The position numbers and the translations under genes were made by a program. Of a stretch of DNA of 40,823 nt, positions 9,580 to 19,448 are shown piece after piece. Source of the stretch: a virus (Duplodnaviria > Caudoviricetes); the IMG/VR virus record IMGVR_UViG_3300020042_005535, positions 1-40,823 of that record. One strand, given 5' to 3'. Positions within the stretch are counted from its first letter, which is position 1. Every line of letters starts with the position of its first letter. The notes beneath the pieces are model-generated. The model was not told where the DNA came from, made no database searches, and worked only from the letters and a program-made list of their open reading frames with translations.

Positions 9580-12075
9580 CTACTGCGAGAAGACACCAGT
9601 AGACAAGGCTCCCTGCTTTGCAGCCTCACGTTCTGCACGCATACGCCGCAGCGCATCAAGACGAGCGCGCATAGCCGCCATGTCGGTGCGAGGCTCGACA
9701 GACGGAACCTCTTCCGGCTCCATCGTGATGGACGATCCAGCGAAGATGTCTTCTTCCGGAGTCGGCACGGGAGCAGCGGGTGCAGCGGGAGCAGCGGGTG
9801 CAGCGGGTGCAGCGGGTGCAGCAGGACGAGTAACGGCGAAGGCCCCAGCAGGAAGCGTAGGCACAGTCGAAGTCGTCGTCACAGGAAGCGGCATCGCCGT
9901 GCTGGGTTGCGCCGCAGGAGCAAACGTCGGCGGGGGAGGTGGTGTCACACTCGTACCAACCGTGCGACCAGCAAGCACCGGAACCTTAGCGGGCGTACCA
10001 CTCGTGGTGCCAGCAGGAGGCTGCGGAGCATTACCACCGGTCATTGAGGGCGAAGCCGCTGCACGAATCTCGCCACCAGCCTCTTCTCCAGGAGTGACCG
10101 TCGCAGCCGATGCCGGGATGGGCGCGGCTGCGGTGGGGGCGACAGGCGTCCCGTACCCGAACGGTGGTGCCTCTCGACGCGTAGGCGTCCGCATGGGGAC
10201 AGCAGGAGCAGCCACGGTCGGAGCAACCACACGACGCACAGCAACAGCCTGTGGGGTGCTATCTGGGGGAGCCTGCTGTGGGGTGATATCTGGGGGAGTC
10301 GCCGCCTCTACAGCGGGCAGTCCACCCATCCGCGCTCGAGCAGCAGCAAACGGAGCACGGATACCACGCGCACCGGTTTCACCCTCGAGGGGCGTACCCG
10401 TCCCGCTGGTGACATCGCCTTCCTTGTAGTCACGCGAGGCGACAACCTTCTCCTTCGGGATGACGATGCGCCGACCCTCGGTAGTCTCGATGACCGTGGC
10501 TCCCTGCGGGTCGCTAGGCAGCAGAGCAGTCTCACGACCGATGATGGTGCGGGTCTTTGCAGGAGGAGGAGCCGCAGCTTCTGCTACGCCGAGAGAAGCA
10601 TCATCAGGAACCACAGACGCAGTAGTGAATGAAAGCCCCTTGACTCGTGCATCATCAGCGGAGACTTTCAACGGCTCCATACCGGCGTCTTGAAGCACGA
10701 CGCTTCCATCCTTCATCTTGAACACTGGCGTTCCACCAGCAGTCCTTGCCACGCCAACAACGGTACGCGAGTCACGCAGAGCCTGGATCTCCGCATCGGT
10801 GGCGTACTTACCGTCTACGGTGCGGAACTTACCGTCAGCGTTCTTCTTCGCGAGGTCGGGAGAAGCCTCTGCCTCGATCTCAACGGTGAGGTTCTTACGC
10901 TCAGGCAGACGGCCACGCACGCCCTGCATGAACGACGGGAGCGCCTGTGCGCGCGGACCCATCGAAGCCTGTCGAGCAGCAGCACGGAAGGCGCGGTCGT
11001 CATCGAGGCCGGGGACGTAGACCGTCTGCGTGGCGCTGTCGTAGCCGGGTAGGTCTTGGTCGCCAGGCTGATCGGCCTTGCGGGCGTAGCCTACGGTGAA
11101 GCCGTTGCTCTTCGCCCACTCGTGGAACTTCGGCTGGCCCATGAGCCTGGCCTTGAAGCTCACGCTCTTGAAGCCAGCGTCAGCACGGCTGTTTGCGCTC
11201 TGCATACCAGACATGATGGCATTGACTTCAACACCAGGGTCTTCATCAAGAGCACCACGAAGCACCTTGATGCGATCGTCGTTAGCGGTGCGACGAGCGA
11301 TAGCGTCGTCAAGACCAGGAAGCTTCTTGGCCTGCTCGCGAACCTTCTCGTACACAGAGTCAGGAATGCTCTGCATCGAGGTTTCAGCAGCAGCGATGCC
11401 GCCTCCACCACCAGCAAGTTGTGCGCCCATCGTCTTGAGAGCATCTTGTCCGAACGCCTGACGAATCGCGTCAGCAGCAGCGCTCAACGAGGTCGCAGCG
11501 TTCTCACGAGTGACGTACTGATCAACGACAACTTCACCACCCGGAAGAGACTGAACAGTGTTCAAGTCCCATCCGGTCTTCGCCATTAGGTCTTGTACGT
11601 CACCGAGCAGAGTCGGGTCATACGGAGCCTCGCTCACCTCTGCGATGTAGTTCTCCCACAGCCGTCTAGACACCGCAGAGTCTCTGTACATCGACGGATC
11701 GGTAGCACCGGACTGCGCAAGCAGACGCTGAACACGCTGGCTGTTCGGCTTGCGACCGTTCTTGTCGATCTCGGCTTGAAGCTCCATCACCTGAATGAGG
11801 TACTTGAGCTTGTCCTGCGGCTGAACCTGCCCACCAGCAGCGATGCGGGCGTAGCGGTTGTTCACGTCTGCGAGTTTCACGAACGCGTTGTTCTGCCCCT
11901 CGCCAATCGCCTTGTCGAGTCCGCGCTGCGACCCGATGAGGGAGGTCAGCTCCTTGTCACGGCTTGCCCGGCGAATCTTGACGATCTCGACGGCAGCATC
12001 AACAACAGAGTTGAAGCGAGCATCGGACTGCCTCTGAAGGTCATTCACCGTAGGTGCAGTAGCGGGTGCAGCCAT
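9580..12075 (-). CDS. Internal virion (ejection) protein, 831 aa, with Pro/Ala-rich C-terminus
   Basis: Middle gene of the ejection trio; GGAG RBS; helical N-terminus and low-complexity tail. Confidence 0.65.
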   Translation of the reverse strand: MAAPATAPTVNDLQRQSDARFNSVVDAAVEIVKIRRASRDKELTSLIGSQRGLDKAIGEGQNNAFVKLADVNNRYARIAAGGQVQPQDKLKYLIQVMELQAEIDKNGRKPNSQRVQRLLAQSGATDPSMYRDSAVSRRLWENYIAEVSEAPYDPTLLGDVQDLMAKTGWDLNTVQSLPGGEVVVDQYVTRENAATSLSAAADAIRQAFGQDALKTMGAQLAGGGGGIAAAETSMQSIPDSVYEKVREQAKKLPGLDDAIARRTANDDRIKVLRGALDEDPGVEVNAIMSGMQSANSRADAGFKSVSFKARLMGQPKFHEWAKSNGFTVGYARKADQPGDQDLPGYDSATQTVYVPGLDDDRAFRAAARQASMGPRAQALPSFMQGVRGRLPERKNLTVEIEAEASPDLAKKNADGKFRTVDGKYATDAEIQALRDSRTVVGVARTAGGTPVFKMKDGSVVLQDAGMEPLKVSADDARVKGLSFTTASVVPDDASLGVAEAAAPPPAKTRTIIGRETALLPSDPQGATVIETTEGRRIVIPKEKVVASRDYKEGDVTSGTGTPLEGETGARGIRAPFAAARARMGGLPAVEAATPPDITPQQAPPDSTPQAVAVRRVVAPTVAAPAVPMRTPTRREAPPFGYGTPVAPTAAAPIPASAATVTPGEEAGGEIRAAASPSMTGGNAPQPPAGTTSGTPAKVPVLAGRTVGTSVTPPPPPTFAPAAQPSTAMPLPVTTTSTVPTLPAGAFAVTRPAAPAAPAAPAAPAAPAAPVPTPEEDIFAGSSITMEPEEVPSVEPRTDMAAMRARLDALRRMRAEREAAKQGALSTGVFSQ
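9770..9823. repeat. 9-bp tandem repeat x6 encoding (AAP)n
   Basis: GG(A/T)GCAGCG units. Confidence 0.9.
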
Positions 12076-12077
12076 GA

Positions 12078-12689
12078 CTACTCCTTCTTTACGACAGGCG
12101 TGCCGCCCGCGAACGATTGAAGAAACTTCGCGATGAATGAGTCTTCAGTCTCGCCAGGAGCGAGGAACGCCTTGAACGGATCCTCAGTTTGAGCCTCAGC
12201 CGCCTTCTGCTCCGTGATCTCTGCGCCGCGCAGCTTCGCCTCACCGAGCGCACGCATCCGGCGAAGCTCACCGATGGACTGCGCACGCATCTCGTTCGCC
12301 ATGCGCTCACGGGCCACCGCATCCGCAGACGCCTGTCCGAGCTGCTGCTGCGCGGTGAAGAACGCACCCTGACGAGCACCACCCATCGCCGCCGCACGCT
12401 GAAGGTCTGCCTGCTGCTGCTGCTGTGCTGCAAGAGCCTGCTGCTGCGCACCCATCGTCGCCTGCTGGACCTCTGCACCACTCGGCGCCAGCGACTGGCC
12501 CATGCGGATCTTGCGGAGCGACTCGCTTAGGTTCTTGTCGTAAGCCTTGGTGAACTCGTTCCCACGACCCACCATGCCGCCGACGCCCTTACCAATGCTG
12601 TACCCAGCGGTAGCGCCAGCAGGACCGCCGATCAGCCCACCACCGATAGCGCCGATTGCACCACCGATCATCTCACTAGTTGTAGCCAC
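12078..12689 (-). CDS. Small internal virion/pilot protein with N-terminal glycine zipper
   Basis: GGAIGAIGGGLIGGPAGATAG N-terminus and Gln/Ala-rich body; GGAGG RBS; first gene of the trio. Confidence 0.7.
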   Translation of the reverse strand: MATTSEMIGGAIGAIGGGLIGGPAGATAGYSIGKGVGGMVGRGNEFTKAYDKNLSESLRKIRMGQSLAPSGAEVQQATMGAQQQALAAQQQQQADLQRAAAMGGARQGAFFTAQQQLGQASADAVARERMANEMRAQSIGELRRMRALGEAKLRGAEITEQKAAEAQTEDPFKAFLAPGETEDSFIAKFLQSFAGGTPVVKKE

Positions 12690-12697
12690 CAGACCTC

Positions 12698-13429
12698 CTA
12701 GCGAACCGCCAGCACAGTACCACTTCGCACACGCATCCTAACGCGATGGTTGCTCTCGTAGTACGCTTCCTCTTGGTCGTAGACCTTGCCCGTTTCTACC
12801 TGCTGGTTGTTGCGCACCGAGATCCGGATGCTCGCCTTGTGCCAGCCGACAGCCACGTTCTTCACTCCGAACGAGAGGTTCATGTGCCGGGAGAGGAACG
12901 CCTCCCCGATCTCGTACTTCGTGACGTTCCCGGTGTAGCCATACGGGCTCGGGTAAACGCTGATCGGGAGGAAGCGCTCGACCACCTGACCACCGTCCAC
13001 GTAGACGGCGATGCGGATGTTGCTGCTGTCCTGATCGTCTGCATTGCCTTGTACTGGACGGCCACGCAGACGCCACCACGACAGGTGCATGGAGAGGTTG
13101 ATCATCACCATGCTCGCCTGGTTGCGCAGGAACCATGTGATGCCGGTCCCGGCTACCTCGCGCTTCTCGTCGCTGCGTCCCCATGCCGTCTCGATGTAGT
13201 CCTGCGACTGGAGCATCCCGCTGCTCTGTGCGAACGACATCTGGTACGGACGGATCTGCTCGTTCTTGATGAGGAACAACGGGCTGAAGTTGACGGTCGG
13301 CTCGAGGCGCCCGTTGCTCGTCTGGTAGAGCGACTCGCCCGCCACGTTGCTGTGGATGTCCCGGTTGAACTGATCCGCGTTGAACGTGGACCCGTCAGTA
13401 GGAACGTAAGGAAGAACGACGGTAGACAT
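12698..13429 (-). CDS. Tail appendage protein (beta-rich)
   Basis: Follows the nozzle gene; jelly-roll-like C-terminus (IAVYVDG...GWHKASI). Confidence 0.55.
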   Translation of the reverse strand: MSTVVLPYVPTDGSTFNADQFNRDIHSNVAGESLYQTSNGRLEPTVNFSPLFLIKNEQIRPYQMSFAQSSGMLQSQDYIETAWGRSDEKREVAGTGITWFLRNQASMVMINLSMHLSWWRLRGRPVQGNADDQDSSNIRIAVYVDGGQVVERFLPISVYPSPYGYTGNVTKYEIGEAFLSRHMNLSFGVKNVAVGWHKASIRISVRNNQQVETGKVYDQEEAYYESNHRVRMRVRSGTVLAVR

Positions 13430-15022
13430 TCAGCGCTCCTGAATCCATGCGGATGCGTTGCCGCCGTTTACGGTGACCGAGATGGCAGCAGCGCTACCAC
13501 CAGAAGTCCCGTGCCATCCGTTGAAGCAGATCTCGATGCGCTCGACGCTGGTGCTGCCGATCGCTACCGACAGCGTGTCGGTACGGATCGCGAGGAAGAG
13601 CGGGATGTCCTCGTAGCACAGGGTCGTCGTCTCCTTCGCGGTGAGCCCGCTAGACGCATTGAACGTGTACGCAAAGTTGTCGTTCGTGCAGTAGACCTCT
13701 GAACGGTCAATGTTCACCGCATTCCCGCCAACCGGCTTCACGCGGATGGTGAAGCATCCCATCACCTGGCTGCGCGTACCCGCCGTAGCGCCCGTGCGGG
13801 TAGCGTTCTTCATCGCGACGTTCGCCATCACGATGAACCAGCCACTGTTCGTGGTGAGGTTCCAGCCTAGACCACCGTTGTCCAGCACCAGCAGGTTCGC
13901 CGTCGCGTCCTGCACGATCGTCCAGCCGGCGTTGTCCCCGTAGACCTGGTACTGCTGCGTCGTGGAGAAGTCGGTGTTCTGGATGACCTCTACGTCACGG
14001 GCGATAGAAGCGTTCGGAAGAACCTCGGCTCGCAGCGCACCACGCTCGGTGTTGCCGGGCACGATGGCGTTCATCCGATCTTGGATCTTGTCCAGCCGGT
14101 CGACATAGAGCGACTGGTTCGACAGCACCTGATTCTCGGTGAACGTCGTAATGCCGCTCGAGGGGTAGAGCAGCGTGCCGCCTCCCCATGCGTTGCACTT
14201 CAGCACGAAGAGCTGGCGATTGAACACCGCTACGGTCGAGCCGAGACGGTCTGCGTTGTACGCGCTGCTTGTGTTGTTGTCCACGAGTCCATCGCCCTGC
14301 GGAAACCGGCGGGCCACGATCTCGATGATGTGGAGGCCCTCGACCACCGGGATCGCATACGTCAAGCGAACCGGCTTCGCGGCACCACCAATGCCCTCAA
14401 CGTTCTGCACGTACCGAACATGCCGGTAGTCGAAGTAGGTGTTCGCACCCGTGGACTTCGCCTTGTACACCATCTGCCGGGACTGGTCGGGAAAGATGAT
14501 CGACCCGGTGATCGTCTCATCGATGATCGCACCATCCACACGAATGGCGAACTGCACGCGAACCGGGTCTTGGGTGGCGTTGTTCGGGAAGTCCAGCGTG
14601 GAGCCAGAAAGCCCACCCTTCCAGCAGGCGTAGGTCATCTGCGCCACGACCCACAGCACATCCTCACCGCTCTTGATGTCCTGCGTGAGATCAGCGACGA
14701 GCTGCCATGCTTGACTGTAGTCAATCACAGCCATGTTCGGGTCGTAGCCGAACCACGGTGGGTTCGCGGTGGTCGCACCAAAGTCTGGGTTGACCTCGCG
14801 AAACTTGAGGTACTTGCTGGTGTAGGCGCCCTCGTCGCTGCCTGTACCAGAGAGCGGGTCGATCACCGAGAGCGGGAACGTGCCGGTGGAGACGGCGTTG
14901 ATGTCCTGCTCGTTGATCTTGCCGTAGATCTTCTCTGCGATCGGGATGATGACGCTATCCAACGCAGCAGGGTCAGGAAGCTCCTGCGGCTTGAACGCCT
15001 TCGGTGGGAAGATGTGCGCCAT
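13430..15022 (-). CDS. Tail protein, probably two tandem related domains
   Basis: 530 aa, beta-rich; FAIRVDG...GLHIIEI resembles the downstream 243-aa protein. Confidence 0.55.
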   Translation of the reverse strand: MAHIFPPKAFKPQELPDPAALDSVIIPIAEKIYGKINEQDINAVSTGTFPLSVIDPLSGTGSDEGAYTSKYLKFREVNPDFGATTANPPWFGYDPNMAVIDYSQAWQLVADLTQDIKSGEDVLWVVAQMTYACWKGGLSGSTLDFPNNATQDPVRVQFAIRVDGAIIDETITGSIIFPDQSRQMVYKAKSTGANTYFDYRHVRYVQNVEGIGGAAKPVRLTYAIPVVEGLHIIEIVARRFPQGDGLVDNNTSSAYNADRLGSTVAVFNRQLFVLKCNAWGGGTLLYPSSGITTFTENQVLSNQSLYVDRLDKIQDRMNAIVPGNTERGALRAEVLPNASIARDVEVIQNTDFSTTQQYQVYGDNAGWTIVQDATANLLVLDNGGLGWNLTTNSGWFIVMANVAMKNATRTGATAGTRSQVMGCFTIRVKPVGGNAVNIDRSEVYCTNDNFAYTFNASSGLTAKETTTLCYEDIPLFLAIRTDTLSVAIGSTSVERIEICFNGWHGTSGGSAAAISVTVNGGNASAWIQER

Positions 15023-15024
15023 GA

Positions 15025-17115
15025 TCAGCCCTTCATAATGCGTGCGCCACGTTCAGAGGCCACGACCCCGTCGAACGCGAACGCCGCGATGTTGAGGTAC
15101 TCGCCGTCAGCAGGCTGGCACACCAGCTCAAACGCGAAGCTGTCCACGCTGCGGAGATGCATGTCGAACCGGCGCCAGTACAGGCGAGAGGACAGCGCCG
15201 TCCCTGTGCCGACGACGAGGTTCGACAGGTCCACGGTGCGGTCGTCTGCATCAAGCGTGAGCGTACCGTTCGCGATGACCTCGTCCCACCGACCGTTGCG
15301 GTAGCAGTTGACGGTCACTTGTGCGCTGCTGCTCTCGAGGAAGCCGATGTACAGCACCGCAGCGTTGAAGCGCGTAAGGCCCGAACCATCGACCTTTAGC
15401 CACCGGCTGGTGTACTTGAACTCGGTGATGGTCGTGGGGTCATCACGCACCTCACGGTCGAGGACCACCAGCGTGTTCGACTCACCACCGGTCTGCGCCG
15501 CGGCGAGCACGTACTGACGGTAGTCTCGCGTCACGCACATGTAGTGGTAGACCCGGTTGTGCTGCTGCTCGCGCCACCCGGCACCGTCGTAGCAGAAGAT
15601 GGCGTTCGGTGCGTTCGAGCCAGGCGCGGTGATGGCGCACACGTACTCTCGCTTGAGCGGGTTGTAGACGGCCACCGACCGGCTGGTCTTGCCCATCTCA
15701 AGCCCACGCAGGAAGCGCTCGATCGGCTCGCTGATGTACGAAACGTCTTTACCGTTGTAGGCGTAGAAGCCGTCTCGGCCTAGCCACACCATCTCTCCCC
15801 ACGCGGTCGAGCAGATGGACGACGGAGCCACGCAGCCGATGCCGTTTGTGATCGGCGTGCTGACGTAACTGCCGGGGCTCGACTCAGTGATGGCGTAGAC
15901 ATTGTGGACCGTAAAGGCCAGCAGCACACCGTTGAAGGTGGCGATGCCCGTGACCTCTGCACCGTTCGGGTCGGGAAAGATGTACCGATCCGGTCGGAAG
16001 CTCCCAGCAAAGCCGGGGTCCGAGAAGTGAATGATGCCGGGGTTCGCCGTCGTGTTCGCAACCGCGAGCCCACCGTTGTAGGCGCACATGATCTTGAACG
16101 TCGGGACGGTGAGATAGTTCTGTGCCACCGCACCAAGCAGACCATCGGCAGTCTCGTCGGGGTAGCACGTCGTCTCGTTGTCGGGGATCCGAGAAAGGAG
16201 ACGAAGGCTGTTGCTCCCGTGCAGCGTGTCGGTCGTGCGGAGCAGTCGGCGTGCGACCGTACCGGCAGGACCGACCGAGATGTTGTCCACCCAGAACTGA
16301 CGCTGAAGATCATCGTAGGTGACGGCGTTACCCGCGAGGTCTTTCCATACGATGGGTGGTGCAGCCGTAGGGTCGAACGTCTGGTACTTCGTGCGAGTCT
16401 GCTCCTGCCGCACGCGCACGTTCGTCTGCGGGCTGATCTTCGACAGGTTGCCGAAGACATCCTCGTACTGAACAGCGTAGTTCCACGAACCTTCGAGCAT
16501 CTGCCCGATGGCATTGTCGTTCGGCTCGGTGTTGCCGTTCTGGATCGCTGAGATGTCCGACGAGATCGTGCCGATGTCGCCAGGATGCGCGTACCCGCTG
16601 TTGTTCGTCGCACGCTGCAACGCATTGTCGTTGCCCACCGTAGGACCGAGAACGGTAGGTCCATTCGGCATATTGTCGTAGCCGAGAGGCACGAGTGCAG
16701 AGGTCGTCTGCGTGACGTAGCCATCGTAGACGAGCGGGTTGTCGATCCCGTTCGTCCAGATGATGCGGCCACCGACCTCGCAGAACTGGTCGGGGTACTT
16801 GTACGACGCAGTCTCGGTCAGGTTCGTATGCACCGACGTGAAGGCATTCGTGCCCCACCCGGTCTGCGTGTACATGGTCGATCCACTACGGACCATGAGC
16901 ACGTCCCGCATCCCCTGGTCCAGCAGAGCATGGAACACAGAGTAGACGCGAGACGGCCATGCGAACGTCGTGTATCGACACGGTCCACGGACACTCGCCA
17001 GCGTACCTTCCGACGTGCGTTGCAGATTGCGAATCTGGAACGCGAACTCATCGGCAGAGTAGGTCTTACCACTCTCGATGGTCGGGAGAAGTTGCGCTTG
17101 ACGAGTGTAGGACAT
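15025..17115 (-). CDS. Tail nozzle / DNA stabilization protein (P22 gp10 / T7 gp12-like)
   Basis: 696 aa, beta-propeller-like; IGCVAPSSI...WLGRDGFYAYNG...ISEPI motif typical of this family. Confidence 0.8.
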   Translation of the reverse strand: MSYTRQAQLLPTIESGKTYSADEFAFQIRNLQRTSEGTLASVRGPCRYTTFAWPSRVYSVFHALLDQGMRDVLMVRSGSTMYTQTGWGTNAFTSVHTNLTETASYKYPDQFCEVGGRIIWTNGIDNPLVYDGYVTQTTSALVPLGYDNMPNGPTVLGPTVGNDNALQRATNNSGYAHPGDIGTISSDISAIQNGNTEPNDNAIGQMLEGSWNYAVQYEDVFGNLSKISPQTNVRVRQEQTRTKYQTFDPTAAPPIVWKDLAGNAVTYDDLQRQFWVDNISVGPAGTVARRLLRTTDTLHGSNSLRLLSRIPDNETTCYPDETADGLLGAVAQNYLTVPTFKIMCAYNGGLAVANTTANPGIIHFSDPGFAGSFRPDRYIFPDPNGAEVTGIATFNGVLLAFTVHNVYAITESSPGSYVSTPITNGIGCVAPSSICSTAWGEMVWLGRDGFYAYNGKDVSYISEPIERFLRGLEMGKTSRSVAVYNPLKREYVCAITAPGSNAPNAIFCYDGAGWREQQHNRVYHYMCVTRDYRQYVLAAAQTGGESNTLVVLDREVRDDPTTITEFKYTSRWLKVDGSGLTRFNAAVLYIGFLESSSAQVTVNCYRNGRWDEVIANGTLTLDADDRTVDLSNLVVGTGTALSSRLYWRRFDMHLRSVDSFAFELVCQPADGEYLNIAAFAFDGVVASERGARIMKG

Positions 17116-17405
17116 CAGGCGGCTCCGCGCTTCTTCGCCACAGCAGCGTCAGTAGGAGCAGGCGCCGCAGCAGCAGGGAACAGAAGATGATCGTCGCGCA
17201 CCGGGTGCCACTGGCTACGGCTGCTCCAGCCCTCGCCCTGCGCCACACGCAGCGGGTTGCGGAAGCCGCCCCACAGGACAGCCTGCCACTGACCGTTCGC
17301 AGAATCCTTCACTCCAATGATCGTTGCGCTCTCAGACGCATCCGGCCATACGCTCACCCACACGTCACCGACGCTCGGCTTCTCGTACAGAACGGTGTCA
17401 GACAT
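17115..17405 (-). CDS. Hypothetical protein, 96 aa
   Basis: GGAG RBS before ATG at 17405; its stop overlaps the nozzle start. Confidence 0.65.
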   Translation of the reverse strand: MSDTVLYEKPSVGDVWVSVWPDASESATIIGVKDSANGQWQAVLWGGFRNPLRVAQGEGWSSRSQWHPVRDDHLLFPAAAAPAPTDAAVAKKRGAA

Positions 17406-17424
17406 GGCTTCTCCTTGAGCAGGG

Positions 17425-18873
17425 CTACGAAGACATCGGCCCGAACCGCAGCCCCGTGAATCGCCGGTTCGGGTAGTTCTGCACGAACCAGGGAAGTCCC
17501 GGTACAAGGCGTGCAGGGTTCGCGTACATAGCCTTCAGCTTCGGAAGGTGAAGGTCTAGGTAGAGCTTCAGGTGCGTGGTGGCCTCGTCCATCTGACGAT
17601 CCATCAGGCTCAGGTAGTACAGGCCAATCTCGATGAGCGCATCGTGGCAGTCCGGGTGGACAGGCGGCGCGTCGAAGTCGTTGACGAGCTTCTCAGGACG
17701 ACGGCGCACGCGGAAGTTGACCTCGTACCGATGGTCTTGGTGCGGGTAGAAGCTGTAGGCGTAGTAGCCGTGCGACTCCGGAAGGCGCCGGTAGTAGTCG
17801 GGAATGACGCTACCATTGTCGGTGTACGAGGTCGTGACGCCATCTACGTCAACGAGGTACTGGAAGATGGATCCAGCCTCGATGCTGGTGTGCGACGGAC
17901 CCGCACCCGTGGTCAGGCGGCGCCGGTAGATGCGCTTGTAGATGCCGCTGCGGCTGTACCGAAGCGTGGTGTTGTCCCCGAAGTTCAACTGCCAGTCGAT
18001 CTCTGGCAGCGCCAAGATGATCGAGTTGAGCGCAGTCGTAGCGGTCGCGCTGATCGGGGACGGAGCGCTCTCCCACAAGGGAATGGCCGTACCGTTCTGG
18101 CTGGTGAACTCAAGGTCGCGCTTGCCCCAGCAGTACGTGAAGCAGTACTCAAACGAACCGAGAGGTTCTGGTCCTGCCCACGCACCCTGAGCCGCCGTCG
18201 TGGTGATGACCTTGACCGGAGCGTCTACCTGGAAGTGCCGGCCTCGAGCGCAGTACTCCGGACGCCCGACGACGTTTCCACGGACGTTGTCATGCTCCAT
18301 GTAGGAGGCGAACGCCTGCGGGAGACAGATGATCTGGCTGATGTTCGGGTCATGGATGCCGCCATCCACAAGCTCCATCACGTCATCGCTGAAGAAGAAC
18401 TCGGGCTGGTGCAGACGGAAGTTGACGTTCGTCAGCGTGATGCCAGCCTGAACCGGTCGGTCGAGGCTCACGAGGTAGTGGTTATCGAAGGCGCCAGGCG
18501 AGGGCCCCGGCGTCTGCAACCAGAACTCGCGGCACTGACGACGGTGCCAGACGTTGTTCGAGTCAACGAACTCGATGTGGTAGATGCCGTCCCACGTACC
18601 GTTAATGGTCGGGTTCAACGTACCAGAGACGCCGAACGACAGCACCAGCGTATCGGTGGTGGTGGAGACGCCTCGACCGAAGTCAGTCTGCGTGTAGTCC
18701 TCATCGACTACGACGTAGTCCATGTCAGGGATGACTGCGCCAGGCACGTCGGACGCGATGCGCTGAAGAGCGAGGTTGAGCACGTCGTCTAGCTCAGACG
18801 AGAAGTTCTTGGTCGTGTCTGCGTTCCACGCCCGGATGGTGAGGAGCCTGTCGCGCCAGTCCTTCTTGTTCAT
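17425..18873 (-). CDS. Head-tail adaptor with inserted beta-sandwich domains
   Basis: N-terminal LNLALQRI and C-terminal DAPPVHPDCHDALI adaptor motifs; GGAGG RBS; position after the capsid genes. Confidence 0.7.
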   Translation of the reverse strand: MNKKDWRDRLLTIRAWNADTTKNFSSELDDVLNLALQRIASDVPGAVIPDMDYVVVDEDYTQTDFGRGVSTTTDTLVLSFGVSGTLNPTINGTWDGIYHIEFVDSNNVWHRRQCREFWLQTPGPSPGAFDNHYLVSLDRPVQAGITLTNVNFRLHQPEFFFSDDVMELVDGGIHDPNISQIICLPQAFASYMEHDNVRGNVVGRPEYCARGRHFQVDAPVKVITTTAAQGAWAGPEPLGSFEYCFTYCWGKRDLEFTSQNGTAIPLWESAPSPISATATTALNSIILALPEIDWQLNFGDNTTLRYSRSGIYKRIYRRRLTTGAGPSHTSIEAGSIFQYLVDVDGVTTSYTDNGSVIPDYYRRLPESHGYYAYSFYPHQDHRYEVNFRVRRRPEKLVNDFDAPPVHPDCHDALIEIGLYYLSLMDRQMDEATTHLKLYLDLHLPKLKAMYANPARLVPGLPWFVQNYPNRRFTGLRFGPMSS

Positions 18874-18887
18874 CCTCACCTCCTAGC

Positions 18888-18946
18888 ACGAAGCCGGTGA
18901 CTAGGGAGTGTACCCCAGCCACCGGCCCGTGTCGCACCTTGCGGTG
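18888..18946 (-). terminator. GNRA hairpin plus long stem-loop after the capsid and cement genes
   Basis: Minus strand CACC-GCAA-GGTG, then GCCGGTGGCTGGGG-TACACT-CCCTAGTCACCGGC-TTCGT; the U-tract is weak. Confidence 0.6.
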
Positions 18947-18947
18947 A

Positions 18948-19430
18948 TTACGGCTTGATGTAAGCCGCACCAGCCACGGTGCCCGCCGCAAGAGCCGCGG
19001 GGTTGAACGCCACGAGGTCGTTCGTGCCGATCGTGCCGACATCGAACTCGCCCGCCGCAACCGGCTTGAGCGAGCTGTTCGCAGCCACGCCAGCCGCGAT
19101 GCCGAGCACGCGACCGTAGCCGCTGCACAGCACGAAGCCGAAGTACGTGTCGAGGAACAGGCTCGACACGCCAGCGTTGGTGTAGGTCTGCGCAACGCCG
19201 ACGAAGCGAGCCGCAGACGCCGCCGTCGTGCTGACGGCAACCTCCCACGTCGCGCTGCCGTCCTTGATCATCACGCCCTGACCGACCTTGAGACTCGCAC
19301 CCGCGCCGTTCTTGACGTAGACGTAGGTCTTGGTGCCGGTCGAGTCCTTCGTGAAGACCTTGTAGCCCAGCTTGTAGTTGGCGGTGCTGTCGATCGCAGA
19401 CACCGCATCAGCGGTAAACTCGGTAAGCAT
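18948..19430 (-). CDS. Capsid cement/decoration protein
   Basis: 160 aa directly after the MCP; YKLG...YVYVK...YFGFV pattern; GGAGG RBS. Confidence 0.7.
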   Translation of the reverse strand: MLTEFTADAVSAIDSTANYKLGYKVFTKDSTGTKTYVYVKNGAGASLKVGQGVMIKDGSATWEVAVSTTAASAARFVGVAQTYTNAGVSSLFLDTYFGFVLCSGYGRVLGIAAGVAANSSLKPVAAGEFDVGTIGTNDLVAFNPAALAAGTVAGAAYIKP

Positions 19431-19448
19431 CTTTCGATCCTCCGTAGA

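Noticed and set aside
9345-9823. Tandem repeats as a CRISPR array or iterons
   Set aside because: No spacers; units are multiples of 3 and lie in coding linkers.
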